DNA of 64,000 bases from the human T2T-CHM13v2.0 reference genome, Homo sapiens. Where the stretch lies: assembly GCF_009914755.1 (NCBI RefSeq), contig NC_060928.1; one strand, given 5' to 3'. Below the pieces are notes generated by a model. That model did no database searches, had not been told where the DNA came from, and worked only from the letters and a program-made list of their open reading frames with translations. Below, in pieces: positions 55,440-64,000 of the stretch (its first letter is position 1; each line of letters starts with the position of its first letter). Both the position numbers and the translations under genes were made by a program.

Positions 55440-56570
55440 CTCATTCATTTGCTCATTTGTCATGAGTGTCATGAGTCAGGTCTTGCTTCAGTGCTGATGA
55501 AAAATCAGTCTCTTTTCTTACAGAGTTTCTATTCTAGTTGGGGATAAAGGGATAATAAACAAATGATAACGGATAAAAGTAAACAAATTAATAAGAACAT
55601 GTCTCATGGTAACAGTTTCTATGATGATTATTAAAAAGGGAGGTAGGTTTGGGGCAAGCAAAGTTGTCTCTATGGAGGTGACATTTCAGCTGTGCAACAA
55701 GGAGCCAGCCTATAGGAAGACTGAGGAAAAGCAGCATTCTGATGGAGAGTAGACTTAGTTCAAAGACCCTAAGGCAGAAGTGACAAAGGCAGTAACAACC
55801 TTGCTGTGACTGAGGAGCAGAGGAAAGGATCAAGTGACTGGGTCAACAAAGGAGAGAGAAAGGGAAGGCCAGTTAGGCCAGGATTTTCTTCTAAGTGTCA
55901 TGGAGAGACATTGGAAGGTTTTAAGCAAGAAAAGTTACAGGGTCTGAAATATTTTTTAAAGAAATCATTTTAGCTGCTGCAAAGACACAGAACTGTCTGT
56001 ACACAATTCCCCAAGTAAGAATGAAAGGAGAAGCAGTGGTGGAGAGACTTTGACCCTAAGCAGGGGAGACAATGGTAACTTGTCTCAAGTAAGAATGGAG
56101 AATGAGATGGAGGTTAAGTTTGAGATATATTTTGGAAGCAAAGTTGATAGGACGTGCTGATGCAAAGAAGAGAATTAAGGATACTTCCTAGGTTTAGCTG
56201 AAGCATCTAGATGGATGCCAGTGCTATTTACTGAGAAGGAAAATCAGGTGATCAATAGTTATGGTATAGGATTTATTCAGCTTGAGAGGAATTTTACTCA
56301 GCTAAATGGATATGTTAAATAGGAGAGAGAGATTAAATCTGGCTGGCCTAGTCCAGCAAAAACCATGGGAGAGAGAGGGCTTGCCCTTAAAAAGTAGATT
56401 GAATTCAAATGGAGATGGGAGGAATTTTTTGCATCTCCACAGAGGAAACAAAGTTAGAAAACACGTAAAAATGAGAATAAGCATGAAATATGACTGGAAG
56501 TAAAAGAGTAGGGAATTTATGTTGGAAAAAAAGTGAGAGGTAAAATTAGAACTATAAGGGATACTCATTA
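55440..56570 (-). mobile_element. L2 fragment (~1.1 kb)
   Basis: TCATTCATTTGCTCATT tail, GGAGGTGACATTT, CAAAGACCCTAAGGCAG, ATTGGAAGGTTTTAAGCA. Confidence 0.7.
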
Positions 56571-58277
56571 TTTAATCAAAAGAGTTTGAATTCTTTTTCT
56601 AAAAAACATGGAGCCATTGCCAATTTTAGGCTTAAAGCTAGGAAAACTTTCAATTCTGTCTTATTCCCTGTTGGATCTCCATTGCTGAATAAAGGGTCTG
56701 GCACATAGCAAGTCATCAATTTATTACATAAATGAGTGGAAAATGAATGAATGATTGTATAGCAAAGTTATGTTTTCATAATGAAAGAACAATGGGTGAA
56801 GAAACCAGGGAAAGAGCTCCCTATTTCAAACATGTAGGCTGTCAGATTGGAGATAAAACTTTTGAATAACATAGTGGTAAAAAGGTGGAAATAAAAGTGC
56901 TTGATAGTATTTCCCATCATGGCAAGATGGCAAAAGTATATAGGAAATACAAGTTTAGTTCCTTCAGAAGGTACTAAAGATTTAAAGTAACACAACAAAT
57001 TTCTACTCAATGAATTCAAAAGAGAACTTAGTTAATGAGATCAGACAAAACTTGGATAAGATATTTTTTAATATTCTAAAAATCGAGAGACCCCCAATTT
57101 TTTCTCAGCTATTCATACATCATACCGTTCAATTTAAATAGTTTGATAATCAAAAGCTTGTGTAGTTTTTTTTTTTGTTTTCTTTTCAGTGAGGCTGCAA
57201 TGTTTCTGCCAGAACTTGAAATTGATTATTTTCTGGGGCATAATATTGATATCCAATGGGTCAGTGAATTAAGATTTTACTTTTCCTTATAACCTGCTTA
57301 TCTCCAGATTACCTCCATTTTCTGCAAAAATTTCCATGTGTCATACTTTTGTATTTCTGTATGCAGATACACATACATGTTACAGTTTTTTTGATGGTAG
57401 AGATGGTTACATAAAATTGCTTACTGGGGAAGCAACACTAAAAGTCACTGCTCAGCACACAAAGAGGAAAACAAAAGATTAAAAAAAACCCTCCAATAAA
57501 GTCAGTAAGCTATGTTGGCACTCACTTGCTGTTGGCCTCAAAGCTCTCAGATTATACACTCCTTTTATTGGATTGTTACTTTAATGGGACTTTTTAAAGG
57601 GCATTTTAATAGCCTCCTTGTTTCAGCAGATATACATTGAAAACCATTTGGAATACCTCCCAGTTGTAACATTTTTGATCTTCACATTTCTTAGAATTCT
57701 GACAACCTACTAGGTAACAGTTAGTATGATATTATGCTGACACATTCCAGAGCTGGCAGTTGTTAGATTTGCCAGTGCAGTTTGTTGTCCAAATCCCATG
57801 GGCCTGAGATTTATTGCCTTTTCCCCTTACCCACCTCTCCCTAGATCCTTCCTTGCCCCCTTTTAACTCTTTGAATACACTATAGATGTGTTTTTTAGGT
57901 ACATCAGGACTATCCACTATAAAGGCCTAACCTAGTAAGAAACAAGAATTAGCCGCAAAATTTCTTATATTATAAATTTGTGCTATTCTGTGTCATTTGA
58001 AGAATCAGAAATAACTCATTCAGGAGAAAGATATTTTTCTTCCAGCTAGAGTCATATCACCCTCAGAACTATCCATGGCCACAGATGGATCATAGGTGAT
58101 AGCTACAATCTCTGAAAAGGCAAATCTGGCAGAGTGATTCTGCTGTGGTCAGTACTCAGATTTCTTCTTTCCCAGACAAGACCTTCAAGGATGGTGAGAA
58201 ACAGTGAGGGAGGAAATTAATAAATGATTATAAACACACTTCAAAAGCTGCCTTTTGTGTGGCTAATGATATTATGA

Positions 58278-59191
58278 CTGGCTAACTCCTCATTATTAAC
58301 AATCCAACTCAAGACTTATTCCCCTGAGGCCATCCCAGCTGGATCAGGTGCTCTTCCTGTCTTGTAATTGACAGCACATAGATCTGTGGCTGTGGTTACT
58401 ATTGGACAGTATTCATCTGTTTATGTCTCTGTCTCCCCTTCTAGATGCTTGCCTCTTAAAGTCAGGCCCTATTCCTCTCTATATTTTGCATTCCTAGCTC
58501 AGTGCCTGGCTCAATGTTAGTGCTCAATAAATATTTGTTGAATAAATAAAGGAAGGAAGAAAAGCACTGGACCAGGTGCTATGTGAGAATGCCTTGGCCT
58601 AACTCGCATGCCAATTTCTACAACCCTTTTTGTTTTTTTTGCTCCTATATGAACACAGAGAAACAGAACACAGGCCAGGCATCTCCAGCATCCAACAGGA
58701 CATTATTTAATACTGTGGTCTCACCTCTTTTTGTTTCTCTATAAGGAGATTACTTACAATGGAGTTGAAGCCAACCCTATGACAGGGAGTCTTATACTTA
58801 CCTAGCTCTTGTTATTAATAGGAGCAAAAAGAGCAAAAAGGGTTATAGAAATTGGCATGTGACTCAGGCCAAGGCATTCTAACACTGTCCTTGGTCCAGT
58901 GCTTTTCTTCTTTCCTTCATTTATTCAACAGTTATTTATTGAGCACTAATAATGATCCAGGCACTGAGCTAGGAACTCAAAATATAGACAGGAATAGAGC
59001 CTGATTTCAAGGAGGCCAGCATCTGGAAGGGGAGACAGAGACATAAACAGATGAATACAGTCCAATACTAAAAGTACAACTGCATATCTATGTGCTGTCA
59101 ATTATAAGACAGGAAGAGCACCTGATCCAGCTGGGATGACCCTGGGGGAATGAGTCCTGAGTTGAATTGTTAATAATGAGGAGTTAGCCAG
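58278..59191. repeat. Long inverted repeat: arms 58278-58648 and 58818-59191, 169 bp spacer; tail-to-tail L2 3' ends plus duplicated flank
   Basis: The reverse complement of the right arm aligns along the whole left arm, e.g. CATCCCAGCTGGATCAGGTGCTCTTCCTGTCTT / AAGACAGGAAGAGCACCTGATCCAGCTGGGATG; about 47 differences in ~370 bp by hand count. Confidence 0.96.
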
Positions 59192-59398
59192 GCAACAGAG
59201 AGGTGAGCTTGGAGCACAGAAGATTGTGAGGACCACATCACCAAATATATCAAATTGAGAACTCATAGAATGTGTTTGGAACACTTCACATATTGCAGTT
59301 TTTCTGTTTTATAAAGTGTGAATTGTAGGCAAAGAGAAATTATGTTGAAGAAATCAGGAAGCAATCAACACAGAGGAACTGGAGTTTATTACAAAGGT

Positions 59399-59916
<518 letters not shown>

Positions 59917-60329
59917 AGCATTTAAGTGTTTTATGTAAGTAAGTCAGAGTTAGGTCTTAGATTTACACTGAGGACTCTGAAGGACAAACTCAAATGGAAA
60001 AGACTGGAGAAACTCATTCAGAGGGACTGTTTAATGGGTCATAGAGCTTTCATTCTACTAGAATAAGACAGATTTTTTTAAATAGTAAGTGAAATAAATA
60101 GTTTGTCAGAGAGTAATAAGTGTTCTAGACAAAAAGAAAAAAAAAAGGAAGAGAGAAAAGCCTGCTGAATGGCCACAATTATAAATAGGGTGTTCAGGGA
60201 AGGTCTCAATGAGAAGAAAGACCTGAAGGAAAAGAGTATGATGTAGGCACCTGGGAAAGACTATTACAGGTAATAGGATCAGCAAGAACAGTCTTTCATG
60301 AATATCCTGGACTATATGTAAGACACATT

Positions 60330-61047
<718 letters not shown>

Positions 61048-62079
61048 CTCATCTAATCCTTGTTTTTCAGATAACAGAATTTAGATTTATAAGGATTAAA
61101 ATACTTGCCCAAACATTTTCAGGAAGAAGAATAAGACTCTTAACAGTTACTTTTCCAAGGCTTCTTACATCAATTCTAGTGCTCCTTTTACTGCCCAGTC
61201 AGTGTAAACCAGACACAGAAGCCTAAATTAGGACACATATAACTTCTGTTTTGTTATATTGAGCTCTAAATTAAAAGAGGATAGATTCAGACATGGATTT
61301 ATTTTATAAAGTTTACGATTGAACTTTATTTTTGAATGGAACTGAAAGTCCACTAGGAAGAATTTTTTCCATCCTTGCATTGTTTTTGCTTTGTATATAG
61401 TCACATTAAAGATGAGAATTTATCAATAAACGAAAAGAATGAGAATAAAAAATGAGTCCATTAAAATGATTCTTACAGCATAAAAGAAATGCATTTTTTT
61501 TCTAAGATTCCTACTTAGAGGAAAAAGTTCAGTTACCATAAATTAATTTAATTACACCTGTAGTTTCTTGAGACTACATGGAAAGTCTCTGCCAATGCCC
61601 AAAACTCCACTTTAAAAAGGTAATTTTAAAAGCAAAACAATTAAAAGAAGTAATGTTGAAACAAAATTATACATTTTACTCACCATGTAATTTTGAATAA
61701 ATTTAATTCAATACAAAACCATTATTAAGTATAAAATTGAAGCCATATATTAGGATTTCTGCTTTACTCTGTGATCACATTTCATGAAATAATGTTATAT
61801 CGACATTTCAAATAATTTTTCATCACCAGTAATTCCATCATGACTAAAACCGTATTTTTGAGCCATCCAACATGGAAGTGCAGAATACATAATTTCCAAT
61901 TCTACCTGGCTTGATTGAAATATAGACCGATAAAAATTCAGTGTTTGATGACAGAGCAATTAATTCCAAGCCACAAGAAACAGTTTGCATTTCTTTAGAT
62001 AATATTTTCATTTAATCTATAGCTGTATATAATAATAATCTCCATAATGTGACCAATTATATATTCCTTATTATTTTAA

Positions 62080-63280
<1,201 letters not shown>

Positions 63281-63284
63281 TTAT

Positions 63285-63812
63285 ACCATAAGATCCAGCA
63301 ATCTGTCTTCTGATTATATACCCAAAGGAAATTAAACCACAACCTCATAAAGATATCTGTACTTCTATGTTCAATGCAGTACTATTCACTATAGTGAAAA
63401 TGTGAAATAACCTAGGTGTCCATCAATGGAAAAGTGGATAAAGAAATTGTAATATCACAATTTATTACAGATATATATAAAATGGAATATTATTTAGCCT
63501 TAAAAAAGGAGGAGACCCTGCCATTTGCCACAACATGAATGAATCTAGAGGACATTATGCTAAATGAAATCAACCAAACAAAGAAAGGAAAAGATCCAAT
63601 GTACAATATGGGGACTATAGTTAATAATAGTGTATTAAATTTAGGATCTTTGCTAAATGAGTAGATTATGGCTACTCTTGCAACTGGGGGAAAATGTGAG
63701 ATGATGAATGTTAATTTGTTCCACTATAGCAAACATTTCACTGTATATGTATCCTATAACATCATATTGTGTAGCTTAAATATATACAATTTATTTTTAA
63801 AAATAATAAAAC
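63285..63812 (+). mobile_element. LINE-1 3' end (L1MA-type) with an internal deletion
   Basis: GATCCAGCAATC...ATATACCCAAAGGAA...GAGGACATTATGCTAAATGAAAT...ACTATAGTTAATAATAGTGTATT...AAATATATACAAT. Confidence 0.85.
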
Positions 63813-64000
63813 ATAGTTAAGAATTTCCAGACCTTTGCGTTTCTTCCTTTGTCAATATTTTTAGTTTGTTCTATTGAAAGAGAATATTGTCGCTACCATA
63901 CCTACTTTTGATTTATCATGTATTCAAGTTGACTCTGTGACCTACTCTTTGGTTACTTTTAATCATTTAGTGGGCATTTGAAAAGGGTCATACTCAGTAT

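Overview
AT-rich hominoid (very likely human) genomic DNA with no recognisable host protein-coding exon, RNA gene or CpG island; it reads as a large intron or intergenic stretch. Transposable elements make up much of it. They include a full-length but inactivated L1PA3-type LINE-1 (24947-31090, TSD AGAAAAAGC) inserted into an older L1, a complete THE1-type MaLR provirus (17837-20087, TSD ACACA), a nested MLT2/Tigger3/MST stack, eight Alus, several solo LTRs, DNA MITEs (MADE1, MADE2, MER3, MER5, MER53), L2/MIR relics and microsatellites. Nearly all ORFs in the track come from repeats or low-complexity sequence. The structure least explained by repeat annotation is a ~915 bp inverted repeat (arms 58278-58648 and 58818-59191, about 87% identical by hand alignment, 169 bp spacer). 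It is built from an L2 3' end plus its non-repeat flank, and it carries a miR-95-like duplex, mirrored splice-acceptor/poly(A) signals and three minus-strand splice donors in its loop. Also notable are an open L1 ORF0 frame that reads 190 codons out of the element, two small insertions that may be templated, a candidate non-coding exon at 53231-53368, and a ~10 kb TE-poor block with enhancer-like motifs. Repeat subfamily names are from recall of consensus sequences and need RepeatMasker/Dfam confirmation.
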